Positions 1 through 13,355 of a stretch of DNA of 64,000 nucleotides are shown here, in pieces. Location of the stretch: assembly GCF_009914755.1 (NCBI RefSeq), contig NC_060926.1; one strand, given 5' to 3'. Below the pieces are notes generated by a model. It made no database searches. It saw nothing but the letters and a program-made list of their open reading frames with translations, and was not told where the DNA came from. How positions within the stretch are numbered: position 1 is the first letter of the stretch; every line of letters starts with the position of its first letter. This DNA is from the human T2T-CHM13v2.0 reference genome, Homo sapiens. A program made the translations under genes and the position numbers.

Positions 1-720
1 AAGGTCACCAACGCTGAGCATTTCAGTAGAACTTCCACAAAGGTCACTAACGCTGAGCATTTCAGTAGAACTTCCGTGAAGGTCACCGATGCTGAGCATT
101 TCAGTAGAACTTCCACGAAGGTCACCGACGCTGAGCATTTCAGTAGAACTTCCGTGAAAGTCACCGACACTGAGCATTTCAATACAACTTCCATGAAGGT
201 CACCGACACTGAGCATTTCAGTAGAGCTTCCATGAAGGTCACCGATGCTGAGCATTTCAGTAGAACTTCCATGAAAGTCACCAACGCTGAGCATTTCAGT
301 AGAACTTCCGTGAAGGTCACCGACGCTGAGCATTTCAGTAGAACTTCCGTGAAAGTCACCGACGCTGAGCATTTCAATAGAACTTCCATGAAGGTCACTG
401 ACGCTGAGCATTTCAATAGAACTTCCGTGAAAGTCACCGATGCTGAACATTTCAGTAGAACTTCGATGGAAGTTGCCAATGCTGAGCATTTCAGTAGAAC
501 TTCCATGAAAGTCACCAACGCTGAGCATTTCAGTAGAACTTCCACGAAGGTCACCAATGCTGAGCATTTCAGTAGAACTTCCACGAAAATGACTGACACT
601 GAGCATTTCAGTAGAATTTCCATGGAAGTCACCAACACTGAGCATTTCAGTAGAACTTCCATGAAAGTCACCGATGCTGAGCATTTCCATAGAACTTCCA
701 TGAAAGTGACCGACGCTGAG
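1..720. repeat. 39-bp minisatellite (VNTR), about 18 copies visible, runs off the left edge; in the last SNTG2 intron
   Basis: Unit AAGGTCACCGACGCTGAGCATTTCAGTAGAACTTCC(A/G)TG; matches the 13-aa periodicity of ORF 76..729. Confidence 0.97.
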
Positions 721-733
721 ATGGAATGACTCC

Positions 734-1102
734 TGTGAAACCCTCACAAAATGGACCCCCCCCCCCATGAAAGAGGAACCATGAATATTTACCTGATAAC
801 AAGAAGTACCACAAAAGACCCTGGCAACACCACAAGCTGCACAAAGACCACTGCAACCTTGTGCAAAGACAAGTCTTCTATGAGGACACAAGCTCCCCTT
901 GCTATTGATCCTTGTAGCCAAGGATAACGGTTTCAAAACAACTTCTGTAACCTCCTCACTTTGCCTTTAAGCTTTCCTGAATCCCAGCCTCTTTGGATAT
1001 CCCTATAATCTCTTATAGCACATATGTCCCAGCTTGCAATTGCCTACATAGTCCCAAATAAACTTTGGGAGAGCCTCTCTCTGTCATTGTATTAGGCTGA
1101 CA
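734..1102 (+). mobile_element. ERV1-class solo LTR (MER34/MER39-like)
   Basis: TG...CA termini, 4-bp TSD CTCC (730-733 and 1103-1106), AATAAA about 40 nt before the end; family by recalled resemblance only. Confidence 0.6.
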
Positions 1103-1593
1103 CTCCCTAACCCAACATATTGGACTGTTCATTCCACACTGTTTCCTGCACAGAGAGCCAGCAGGTGCCCCTTCCTCTGCAGGTGGAAACACATCAGCCC
1201 ATGACCGACATGTGAACACAGGTGAGGAGTGCAGCGAGGGATCCATACAGGGTGTCCCCAGCTTAGAACTCAACACAAGTATTTTGTTCAAACAAAATGT
1301 CAAAATGTGATTTCAATCAGCTCTAGTTACAAATTCATAATTCAAGATAGCCTTGCTGGTAATACTTGGTTAGAAAATTAACCAGACCAGAGATATCATG
1401 ACTCAGCTTTTGGCTGAATTGAAGATGTTCAGTGAAATGCCCACAGGATGCCTGTTTATTCAGTATCTGGATCATGACATAATGGACTGAGTATTGTTTC
1501 ATAAGCTTTAATTTCATTCCTGGCTTTCAGTACTACTCATTGAGTTTTAGTATGGAATTTAGTGGTGTGACCGATTTCACTGCTAGCTAGTAA

Positions 1594-1909
<316 letters not shown>

Positions 1910-2102
1910 ATTGCTAGTACTTTCAAAGATTATGCAGTGTAACTTCAACTTATGGTACCAAAAACTATTGATGTTGTTTTGAATATGTGCATTATTACTG
2001 GTAGCTGTTTGGCTTCTTATTTCTGTGCATTGTGCTATTATTGGATACATCTTGGGAACTTGTAAAGCAATTTTCAGTTTCTATGTATAAAACCAAAACC
2101 CT

Positions 2103-2616
<514 letters not shown>

Positions 2617-4319
2617 TCAGTAATTGCTATTTGGAAACACATACATACATTGAATTACAATATGTGCTAAGTTTGCAAGAACCTTGTGTTTCTTCTAGAA
2701 AGCTACTTGGTTTTTTTTTTCCTCTAACAGGGATAAGTCAAAATGAATAAAAGATTTTGAGTACAGTCTCACGCTTTGGGTATGATTGGCGAATCCAGCT
2801 TGAATTAAAGTTTAACACAAGGGCTGGGCAGGCCCTGGGTTCCACTCATGACCAGAGTGAGGGATGCTGGTTACCAAGTGTAATGACGCTTTATGAAACT
2901 ACCTAAAGACTATGAAGCTTTGGCAGGAGAATACACCTCAACATCTTGAACATTTTGCTCATCACAATTTGAAATGATCAAAATAATTAGTGTTGTAGCT
3001 GTCAATGTTAAGAGTCATTCACATGCAAAGGAAGGAACTTAATTCAACTTGGAATAAAGGAAAGGTGAAGCCTTTGGTTGCAGTCACTAGGAGGTTGGGG
3101 GCAGCTCCCAGCATGTTGGTACCCAATGTCCCCCAGTGTTCTTTGTGTGTCCCCGCGTGGGGTGTTCCTCTGTGTTGAATTCCTCTCCCGGCAGGCTGGC
3201 TCGCTGGCTCTCCACTTGGCATTAGTGGTATTAGAACACGCTTCAGGTATTCACTTCTCACAGCTGGTCACACCAATGTAGGCATCTTGGCCTCCCTCTC
3301 CCTGTCATCTGTACCAAGCTGCCACTGGGCTCTGGCTGGTCCACCTGGGTCCTGTACCTATTGCAAGAGAGAAGCAGTTTCTAAAAGAAAGGCATGCAGA
3401 GAGGACCAGGGAGAGGCCGAGGGGACTTCATGCTGTCAGGGAAGTTTGAAATCATTTTTGAGATGTCACGTCTTTGAGTTATAAAGAAAAGCAGCTCCGA
3501 AAAGCTGAGATGGATGTTATTGGGGAGGGAGGGCTTTACCCGGTGATGTGTGACCTCCAATCCTGCCTGGGGCCCCATTCCCCACCCCCTGATTCTGCCA
3601 TGGAATGAAAATGACCAAGATCCTGCCTTTCGAGAGCTTAAAGGAGCATGTCTGTGGAACTGACAGGCCTTAGTTGCTCTTCTTCTTGAAAATGATTTAT
3701 CTTTCTTTCTGGTGTCATCTCAGCAGTTTAGAATATGCTAGAATTTTGGTGAGATTTAGCAAATAGGATGTCAATCAATTAGCAGTCACCTCAAAAGAAA
3801 TTTTATTTTCTTCATTTTATTGAATTTTGTTATGCAAACAAAGAAGAAAGACAACATTAGAAGAATGCACTTAGACCTTCTTTTCTACCGATAGAATGGG
3901 GGTGGCAGGACGGCAAGATTCGTATTTTACCATCAAAAACAGGAAGATGATTTTTCCCCAGTAACTGAATAACTTCTAAAAACAGTTTCTTTAACTTCTG
4001 TGTCAGCTTTGGGGTTCACTGTGGACTTTTCTGTTGATTTGACACAGGGACTTTATGTGGGGCAGTTTGTGGAGAGAAGATGAACCTTTTGTGGGTCATT
4101 TTTGCTTTTACAGGACATTTAGTGTCTGTAACATGCGGAGGTAAGGATCCAGGAGTTTGTTTCAGTTTTTTTATTGGGAGGGGGTAGGGGTATAACCGTC
4201 TCTCTAGGAAACTCTCCCTGGGGCACCCTTTCCTGCTCTCCCGTAGCCATGGGGACAGGGTGGGTGAACAAGGCCCCTCCTCGCTTCCCGCCGTGCTGTG
4301 CACACTGCCTATTCTGCGC

Positions 4320-4492
4320 CACACAGCAGGCGCTGTTCCTCCCAAGCGTGGCCTTGGCATGAAGCCCACACGCACCCACACAGCAGGCGCTGTTCCTCCC
4401 AAGCGTGGCCTTGGCATGAAGCCCACATGCACCCACACAGCAGGCACTGTTCCTCCCAAGGGCGGCCTTGGCATGAAGCCCACACGCACCCA
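4320..4492. repeat. 57-bp tandem repeat x3
   Basis: CACACAGCAGGCGCTGTTCCTCCCAAGCGTGGCCTTGGCATGAAGCCCACACGCACC repeated three times. Confidence 0.95.
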
Positions 4493-4961
4493 TACAAAAG
4501 GCACGGCGGCCTGAGACACAATGGCTAGTTCTGCCAACTCACACAGCACAGGGGTCTGCTGCGACGGGATCCACATCACAAAATCACCACAGGTGCTGGG
4601 CAGGTGGGGAAGACTGAGTCCTGGCCCAGATTACGGGGTCTGACTTAATCAAGACCCATCACTGAAGATGCAAAATAAAGGAAGTGAGCATTAGCCCCCG
4701 TTAGGTGCAAGAAAACAAGTAAGTTACATTCTCAGCGTTGTAATAAAAAATACCCAGTATATTCATGTTTATAACCAATTTGGATCATGATTTGGATCAT
4801 GTTACTCTGCCTTTTACTTTAAACCATACATATTTCCTGTCTATTATTATTTTTTTGGAGGGACTTTCTTGGAGTTCACAAGGTCCAAACTTTGTTAAAT
4901 ATTTTTGTAACGTGTTCTTCCAACAATTATAATAAACACTTGATCTGATTTTCTCCTCCAG

Positions 4962-5093
4962 GAACTCGAGTTCCAGGACCTGAGGGCTGTCCTGCACTGC
5001 ATCCACTCCTTCATAGCAGCCAAGGTGGCCTCCGTGGACCCCGGCTTCATGGACAGTCAGAGTCTTGCCAGAAAATACATGTACAGCAGCTAA
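4962..5093 (+). CDS. SNTG2: Gamma-2 syntrophin, terminal coding exon (C-terminal 43 aa, SU-domain end)
   Basis: Pyrimidine tract and acceptor TTTTCTCCTCCAG|; translates ELEFQDLRAVLHCIHSFIAAKVASVDPGFMDSQSLARKYMYSS*; recognised as the syntrophin gamma-2 C-terminus and consistent with its position upstream of TPO. Confidence 0.93.
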   Translation, partial: ELEFQDLRAVLHCIHSFIAAKVASVDPGFMDSQSLARKYMYSS

Positions 5094-5206
5094 AGGTTGT
5101 TTCTGTTGAGTGCTGAAAAATTAAATTATTTTCGTAAGAAATGATTCTTTCCTGCAGAATATTGCAACTTTGTGTTGTTTTATGATGAGCCTATAGTTGT
5201 GATACC

Positions 5207-5212
5207 AATAAA
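5207..5212 (+). terminator. SNTG2: SNTG2 polyadenylation signal (short 3' UTR of roughly 130-140 nt)
   Basis: AATAAA about 113 nt after the stop, preceded by U/GU-rich sequence. Confidence 0.8.
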
Positions 5213-5999
5213 ACATGTCACTAGTTTCCAAAGACGGGTCCTCCTTGTTAAATCTGACATGGGGGATGCCTGGTCCCCTCTTCCCATGAGTCTCCCCCCA
5301 ACGAGGAGCCCCAGCGTCCCCCACACAAGTCTGTGGCTCAGACTCCAGTCCACCTGATGCAGTTCACGCCCCAGCCCGCATCCCAGCAGCATGAGAACCA
5401 TGTGGGCATTGCACATGCCACTTCCCACGTTGGCAAAACCCAGATTTATTTTCATAAAATATGTCATCGAAAATTCTGAGCGAGTGCCACGTTTCTCCTC
5501 AGGAAGGAAAGGGTCTCCTTTGCAGTGGGCTGTCATTTCCTTTTTCCTCCAGTGGGGATCAGAGTGACAGGAGTATTTGAGAAACAGGGATTGGTCAAAA
5601 TATGTAGGGCAAGGAAATCAACTTTACTTAATATTATAATCTTATTACATATCAATCTTCATGCTTATAAATTTATCATACTTTGAATAACATATATAAA
5701 TATGAATTTTAATTATTTTCCTAATTCATCAAATATTAGCATGCAGTTTAGTTTCCTTGTTTCTCATATTGTTTATGACTTCTGAGTAGGGATACTTTAC
5801 ATTTTTGTTATTAATGGCAATTGACTGGAGTTGCTTGAATTTTTTTTTTAGAGATACAGACTCTAGGTAGAAAAATAAGGATTAGGCACTTTCTTGACAA
5901 ACCTTCAAATAAAGGATGAACATAAAACCATCAATCTATAAGTATAGGAAAGTAAGAAACAGATGCCTTCTCCTGCAGTTCTATTGAAAAGAAAATGTG

Positions 6000-6395
<396 letters not shown>

Positions 6396-7247
6396 CTATC
6401 TGACATTAGGAGGAGGGAAATATTTTAATATACCAAATATTTACAACCAATAGTTTTATGTGTTTGAAAGTATATCCTTTTTAGAAGAGGTACATCTCTA
6501 TATAATAAATATTGCATGTGCTATGACGTTTTGATGGCTTCTGTGGAAGACTCCAGTAGGGAGCAGAGTATTTCAAGTGAATTTAAAATAATATTCTGCC
6601 CCATGAATGTTGTTCTTGGGGCGTCAGACAGTATTTTTCTGTCTCGGTGTTCATTCTCTGGCTTTAATTCAAACTTCCTATTAATACTAATAGCAATAGG
6701 AGTTAGAATTGTACAAAATATATAAAACCCAAAAAAGGTAAAGGTAGAAATTTTCCTTTCACCAGTTCGCCTTCCAGTGTGGATATTTTGATCTGCAAAA
6801 TGAACAGACACTCATTTTCTTCCCTTTTGCCAAAAAGCCTAAACCCGCCCAAAAATAGAACGTGTTCTTCTGCACCAAGGAGGGAAGAAACTGGGAAGAT
6901 TTTTGTTTTTGTAAAAAAATAATTTTAGAAAATAAACCTTTACTATATAATAATGAAAAAAATAAGATTTTCCCAGGAAGATTTGATACTAAAGTTTATT
7001 TTTATATTTGTATGGATATACAATTCTTTCCAAAAAATGCACTATTTTTTAAAATTTAAAAACAGTAAAATTATTTTTTTGTAAAAATGAGACAAATGAC
7101 CCCATTCCCACAGGCCTTCCCCTTCACATCAGCTGGATCCCTGTGGGTGGCCACGTACAAGGCTGTAAAGAAGCCCAGGCTGGGCAGTGAGGCCACAAGC
7201 TGGGCACCAGCCTCCCTGTTCCTGGCAGTGCATCAGGGAGATGGCCC

Positions 7248-7372
7248 GTCATGATGGCACCTGGCCCATGGGGGAGACAGTCCTTCATGACTGATGGCAC
7301 CTGGCCCATCGGGGAGACAGTCCTTCATGATTGATTACACCCAGCCCATGGGGGAGGCAGCCCTTCCTGATT
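7248..7372. repeat. ~39-bp degenerate tandem repeat x3
   Basis: TGATGGCACCTGGCCCAT(G/C)GGGGAGACAGTCCTTCA units. Confidence 0.8.
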
Positions 7373-10124
7373 GCACCCCTTTAAAACCGAGACTCCTCAA
7401 GTGGCCTCAGTATCTCCTTTGACCAGGCCCTTGCTAGGGGGGCCCAGGTCAGAAATTGTTTTATTTTTATTTGAGACACGCAGTTGATTCTAAGATCTCC
7501 TTAGCTTTGGGTTTTAATCAAAAGGTAATGGGGTCACCTGCAGATCTCCATCGCTAACATCTATGAAGTCACCAGCTCACCACCTCTCCTGGGGTGCAGG
7601 CTCCGGCCCTTCGGCTCCCATTTCCAGGTACAGAAGCAGAGGGTCAAGGGGCCCAACAAGGTGTCTACAGCCCTGGAGCTGGCCAGGAGCCCAGGCCTTC
7701 TGCCGCCCGCCCGGGAGTCCTCACACCTGGGCCTCCTCACACCAGGAGTCCTCACACACAGGGCCCGACTCCCTCACTAAGCAGGGGACCCTCAGAACCC
7801 ACAGCAGCCACGCCGACCTGGGGAGTCTTCCTGGGGGGGCGGATTTATGTCTTTGCCCCTCCTTAGAAAACAGTAGCCATTATCTTACAAGCATGGATCC
7901 ATTTTCCTTCTGCTCCATGTCTGTGCATTCCATATCCCATTTGAACACTAAAAACAGAAAACATTGTTGAAACTGATTTGATTTCCAATATGTGGGCATT
8001 TGACAGGATAGTATTCTGAATAGATAATTCTCATTAGTGATGTTGCTGTATGAATATTCATCCAGAAGTTTTCTTTACATCTTTTAGAAGGAGGACTGGA
8101 AAATGCTCAGAATCCCAAAAGGCAAGGAAATGAAATTACAAACATCAGGTCTTTTTTTTTCAATGGAGAACCACGCACCAAGTATGTCTTTAACTCGGGT
8201 GTGTGTCTTGAATACAGGCTCTGCTCATACAAAGCATGTGGGGTTTTCACAACGCTGAGCCAGGAAAAATGACTAAACTCTGGCAGGAGGAAAAGCAACG
8301 AAACCTCTAGAGAAGATCAGGGGAGACACAATTGCAGCTCAAAGTTAGAGTCTCCAGCCACAGGGTACAAACAGATCTTTCAAGAGCAGAACTGGATTTG
8401 CAAAGCCCAGAGATTATTCTGCAGAAGGATAGCCTCTGTGGAAAAGAGATAGAAATTAACCTAGCAGTGGTTTGTGACAGAAGACAGTTTACACAATGAG
8501 GTCCAGTTTTATTGAGAATGAGACTTACAGCAAGTAGTTCTGAACATTAGGAACCATATTTTTAAATGACTCGTGAACTTTATTTTTCTCATTTTATGGT
8601 CTGAATTTTAGTGAACTTCAAGAACATTTTAGTTTTCAAAGGAAAAAAGCTCTAACTAAATAAATTTGATTACAGAAAAATAAAACATTCTCAGCATATA
8701 AACAAGTTTCTCCAAATCTTACTTTCAGTATTAAGTTGAACTCGGTGTGTTTGAATATGAGACAGCGATCAGCAAATGCCTTGTAACAATCGTCCAATCA
8801 CTGATACCGCCCATGACCCGTTGTTTGCGTTCTCAGCCTATTTTCATGTGTTTCTTGACTGTTTTCTTCCTCCAGGACTCCCTGCGTATCACAGCAGTGC
8901 CAGAGGAATCACGGCAGTTAGCCGGAAAGCTAGTTTACCCCTCCGGGCCCATAGTTCTTGGGAACTGATGTTCAGCTCTTCTGATTTGCTGACAGCTTCT
9001 CATAAATGTATAACCACGAATCCTGCCCTGCCCTTGCTGGTGGAGGGACCATTTGATTATTGTCCATTCAGACAGATAAAACTTAGGACAGGATTTTTCA
9101 AAACAGATATAAGATGGAGAACATTTCCATGTTGTTCTGGTTTGCTGCTTTCAGTGTTTGGGACAAGAGATAGACAGGTGGAGGGTACATAACCCCTCCC
9201 CCGATGCCCACAATCCCCACAGGTTTCCGACCTGACTTTTAAATACAGTTGTCAGCACACTGGCTGTCAAAACCAGAGGAGCCAAGGCTTGGAAGACTGT
9301 TGGCTTAGGAGTTGGGAGAACTCTGTGTCCTTTCTGAGGTGACCACAAGCAAGTTTAAACCCGTGTGAAGAATTTACCATGTTTAACTCTTTTGCTCATA
9401 TATGGAATAGAAAAAGTCACAATCCCTGTTCTTCACCCCCTCACAACCTCATTATGGGCATCAGGTGAGAAATCTGGGAGGAAGTTCTCAGCAAACCAGG
9501 AAAAGTGGGTTTTGAGATTTGAGCCGGTGCCTGCCATCTCTAAGGGTGTCCTTATCCATGCAACCAGGTGCCTCCTGAAGTTATGAATGGAATCTGTGCA
9601 CACACGCTAGAAAAGCAGCAGGAAGCATTCACAGGCAGCACCATTTCCCTAAGGAAAAGCACTTTCTATCTGTGAAAAAGGCCCCGATAGACGCGGGCTT
9701 AGAAACATAAGTTCCTCATTTCAGTGAAGCGCTTGCAAGCACTCCCTATCAGCAAGCTGGAGAAGTACACACAGAAAATGCAGGTTACGGTGGAAAATGA
9801 AGACATGCCTGGCACATCGTCAGGAGCATGGCTAAGTCAGAGACCCAGAGGCGGCATATGCTGAAGTACAAAATTAACACTTTGTAAAGCCCTTAACAGG
9901 TTAAAACCCTGGGATAAACTAACACAATCGATGTTTTAGAGAAGAAAGTACTATCATTGAATTTTAAAAAAGAAAAGATTCAAGGGGAGCCCGGTCTCCC
10001 AAACAGTAGCTGTTGGGAGAAGCATGTGGAACATTTAGGTGAAAGTGTTTTTGATCCATTCAACAAGTATTTGTAGAGCATTAACCCGGGGACCAGGCAC
10101 TGTGACAGGTGCTGCAGCCACGGC

Positions 10125-10228
10125 CTTGGGTGGATGGGCAGCTTGGATGGATGGGCAGCTTGGGTGGATGGGCAGCTTGGGTGGATGGGCAGCTTGGGTG
10201 GATGGGCACCTTGGATGGATGGGCAGCT
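10125..10228. repeat. 17-bp G-rich tandem repeat x6
   Basis: CTTGG(G/A)TGGATGGGCAG units. Confidence 0.92.
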
Positions 10229-12340
10229 CACAGGCTGGGATAAGCCATGGCACATAGCTGCTGAAAACGCCGATGTCATTCTGGTGCTCACCGTGAAGGA
10301 AGATGGGCAGACAATGGCTTGCCCCTCGCCATGCACCCAGAACCGGTCAGTTCACACAGGAAACGTGGACTTTTGTTCTGGGAGCCATGTTTCAAGAAGG
10401 ACACTGACACACTGGTTCCCAACAGGTGGTCAGTTTTGTATCAGGTGCTTCCTTTAAAACACAACTCCACAGCACATGTCAGGAACTAGGGTTTTCATAG
10501 AGCAGGTAGGAAGCTATCCTGCTGTACACCCCTCTGGACAATCTGTACAAAGTGCACAGTAATTTTGCCACCTTAGCAGAATTTCCATAAACTGGATTAT
10601 ATTATAATGGGTTTTTTGTGTTTTTAATCTTAAAACTCAGAGTCAATACTCTTTCTCACTATTAATAGAGTGTACATATGGGAGTTTGGGTATAAACACG
10701 GGATAGAATAAATATAACTGACCTTATACATGTATCCTACACACTATCTCTACTATGTCATTTTTTTCTCTGTGAAACTGTGTGAGTCTGGGTGGGACGT
10801 AGCATAAGACGGACTACATGACTCTTCGAAATTCAGGTTACCCCAAATCTTTTCCAACAGGACAATCTTTTTAAAAGCACAGATAGATGAATACCTACTT
10901 TGTGCAGGGTATATAATAATGAAATGTCACAGAAAACTCAAACACAGGAAAGTGTGGGTGGCAGTTTTACCATTGTGGGAATGATCCCCCATCCAGGGCA
11001 CAGCCTCAGCATCTTTTCCTATGCCTTTAACTTCAAAGGTCCATGGACAGTCCAAGCTCCAGGCCCAGAGGTATTACAATACGCAAACTAAAATACAGTT
11101 GTTTGTGGTGAAGAAAAAGTTGAAACAGTTTTAAGATGAATATATGTAGCTTCAAAATACTTAAGCCAACTGTAGATGATATTGTAAAAGATAAGCTGCT
11201 ACCTGAAACCTATCTTGATGGGCCATTTCAGTTTCAGAACTAACATGCTGAGTGTTGTAAACAGCAGTTCTTGCCCCATGGCAGATCTAAAAGTGCTGTG
11301 TCCGTTGGGAAGAAGAACGGTATTTAAAAGCCGTCTGAAATAAGCCTCATGGGAAAACAAGTCCACTGCCGCCCCTCCCACAGTCTCTCCGCTCTCCCTG
11401 CATCAGCCAGTGGTTCACACTGAGGACACACAGGTGAATCACGTTGAGAATTCCCAGCAGAACCGTAGTTTTCTCCCCAGCTGGCATCTCAGATCAGCCC
11501 CGTGGCTGATTCCATGGTGGGCGGGGAAAAGGGACCTACTTCACAATGACTTCCATCTGGGCCATGAGAGGAAGACTTGCCCCCGGCCAACAAGTATCCG
11601 AGAGCTGGAAAGGCCGCGTGAGCAAACAGACAAAACCTGCACTCGCCTCCCTTAAATTGAGGGGAAATCCTGGAGAAACGCCTTGCACACTCAGAAACAA
11701 ACAAGAGAGATGGTCACGGCGGCCAAGTCTGCAGTTCACCTCTGTGGCCACTTCCCTCTGGATGAAGCCCTCAGCCATGGTCTCCTCTTCACGAGGTTAT
11801 AAGGAAAGATAATTCAGATGGAAATCTTTTTTACCCAGCCTGCTGGAAATGCAATGATTGTTGCTACAAGGATTGAAGGCAATGGGCTGGAAACACGCAC
11901 CCAGCTCAGACCCTGCCTTCAGTCGGTGCCGGAATCCTTCCTTGACCCCAGCCTCACCGTGAGACACCGGGCCCTTCACTCAGAAAGGGCTCCGTCAGTC
12001 AGCACCTTGGCGGCCCACTACCCACCGTCCACCTGGTAGGATCTCTGTGTTTTCCTTTTCCTTTTTACTGAACGGGCTGAATTTTTGAGCAAGTTAATCT
12101 TTTGTTGTCATACACACAGGGATAATGAGTTTCCCAGCTGTGTTACAAACTTAATAAGTCATAGAAACCGTGGTCACTGTGTTTAATTTCTTCTTTCCAG
12201 GACAAGCATGTGTTTGCCCCTTTCGGGTTCTAAGTTTTAACTGACAAAATTTGAAACCATTTCTGCAAAAATGTTAATGAGGATTTATTTGAAAAGAACA
12301 TCACACCAGAAAACATGAGCCCTGTAATTTATAGAGAAAT

Positions 12341-12660
12341 CTTTTCTTTCTTTCTTTCTTTTTTTTTTTTTTTTTACTGAGATGACGTCTTGCTCTGTCA
12401 CCCAGGCTGGAGTGCAATGGCTCGATCTCGGCCCACTGTACCCTCCGCCTCCTGGTTCAGGCGATTCTCCTGCCTCAACCTCCCAAGTAGCTGGGACTAC
12501 AGGCACCCGCCACCACGCCCAGCTAAATTTTTTTTGTATTTTTAGTAGAGACGGGGTTTCACTGTGTTAGCCAGGATGGTCTCGATCTCCTGAACTCGTC
12601 ATCTACCCACCTTGGCCTCCCAAAGTGTTGGGATTACAGGCATGAACCACTGCACCCGAC
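12341..12660 (-). mobile_element. Alu (Y/Sc-like)
   Basis: Reverse-complement Alu dimer with poly(T)/(CTTT)n tail. Confidence 0.95.
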
Positions 12661-12949
12661 CATAGATATACCTTTTCAACAGATATTTAAGAATAGAAAA
12701 ACTGAAAATGTTGATTAAAGAGTTTTTAATTTTTTTTTAAGTTTTTAAAATTTAAAAAGGGAAAAAAAGCATGAAGAAAATTGCATTAAATTACTTTGAC
12801 CACGCATTGCTTAGGGCTGAAAAATCATATTGGTTAGGCAGACGATAGGAGAGATGGGCTCGACTCAGACCTACACTGGCATAGGAAACTGGTGAACTGG
12901 GAAACTCACCTTGGTCGTGAAAGGGAGGATTTATTTTGGTTTACAGTAT

Positions 12950-13355
12950 TGTAAGCCAAAAAGTGACCGAAGCAGATCTCAGTCAATTAGAAGTTTATGT
13001 TGCTAAGATTGAGAATGTGCCCGGAAAAAACAAACACAAGTCCCAGTGGGACCTGTGACCCGAGCCTTTTCCAAAGAGGGTTTTGGGAACTTTAAAGGGG
13101 AAAGAGCGAGCAGGAGGGGAGAAGGAAAAAGAGGGAGGGCAGGCAGTGGGGCACAGTCAGGCATGTGGCCGCAATCTCGTGGGCCTCTGATTAGCGCTAG
13201 TGAATCCACGTTTTACACACGATAAGGTAAGCCCTGGAAATCACAGCTGCCTGTTTGGGAATAAAAGGGAGGCAGTTTTGTGTGACGCGGGTCCCAAGCT
13301 TAACCTTCCCTGTGGCATCGTGAGTTTGGGGTCTTGAGAGTGTGTTTCCTTCACC
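12950..13355 (-). mobile_element. ERV1 MER4-group solo LTR
   Basis: Shares CAGATCTCAGTCAATT(T)AGAA(C)GTTTAT with the LTR at 61636; LTR-like termini. Confidence 0.6.

Noticed and set aside
11600-12050. Possible distal TPO first exon (vague recollection of a gene model starting far upstream)
   Set aside because: I cannot support a promoter or exon boundaries from the sequence alone
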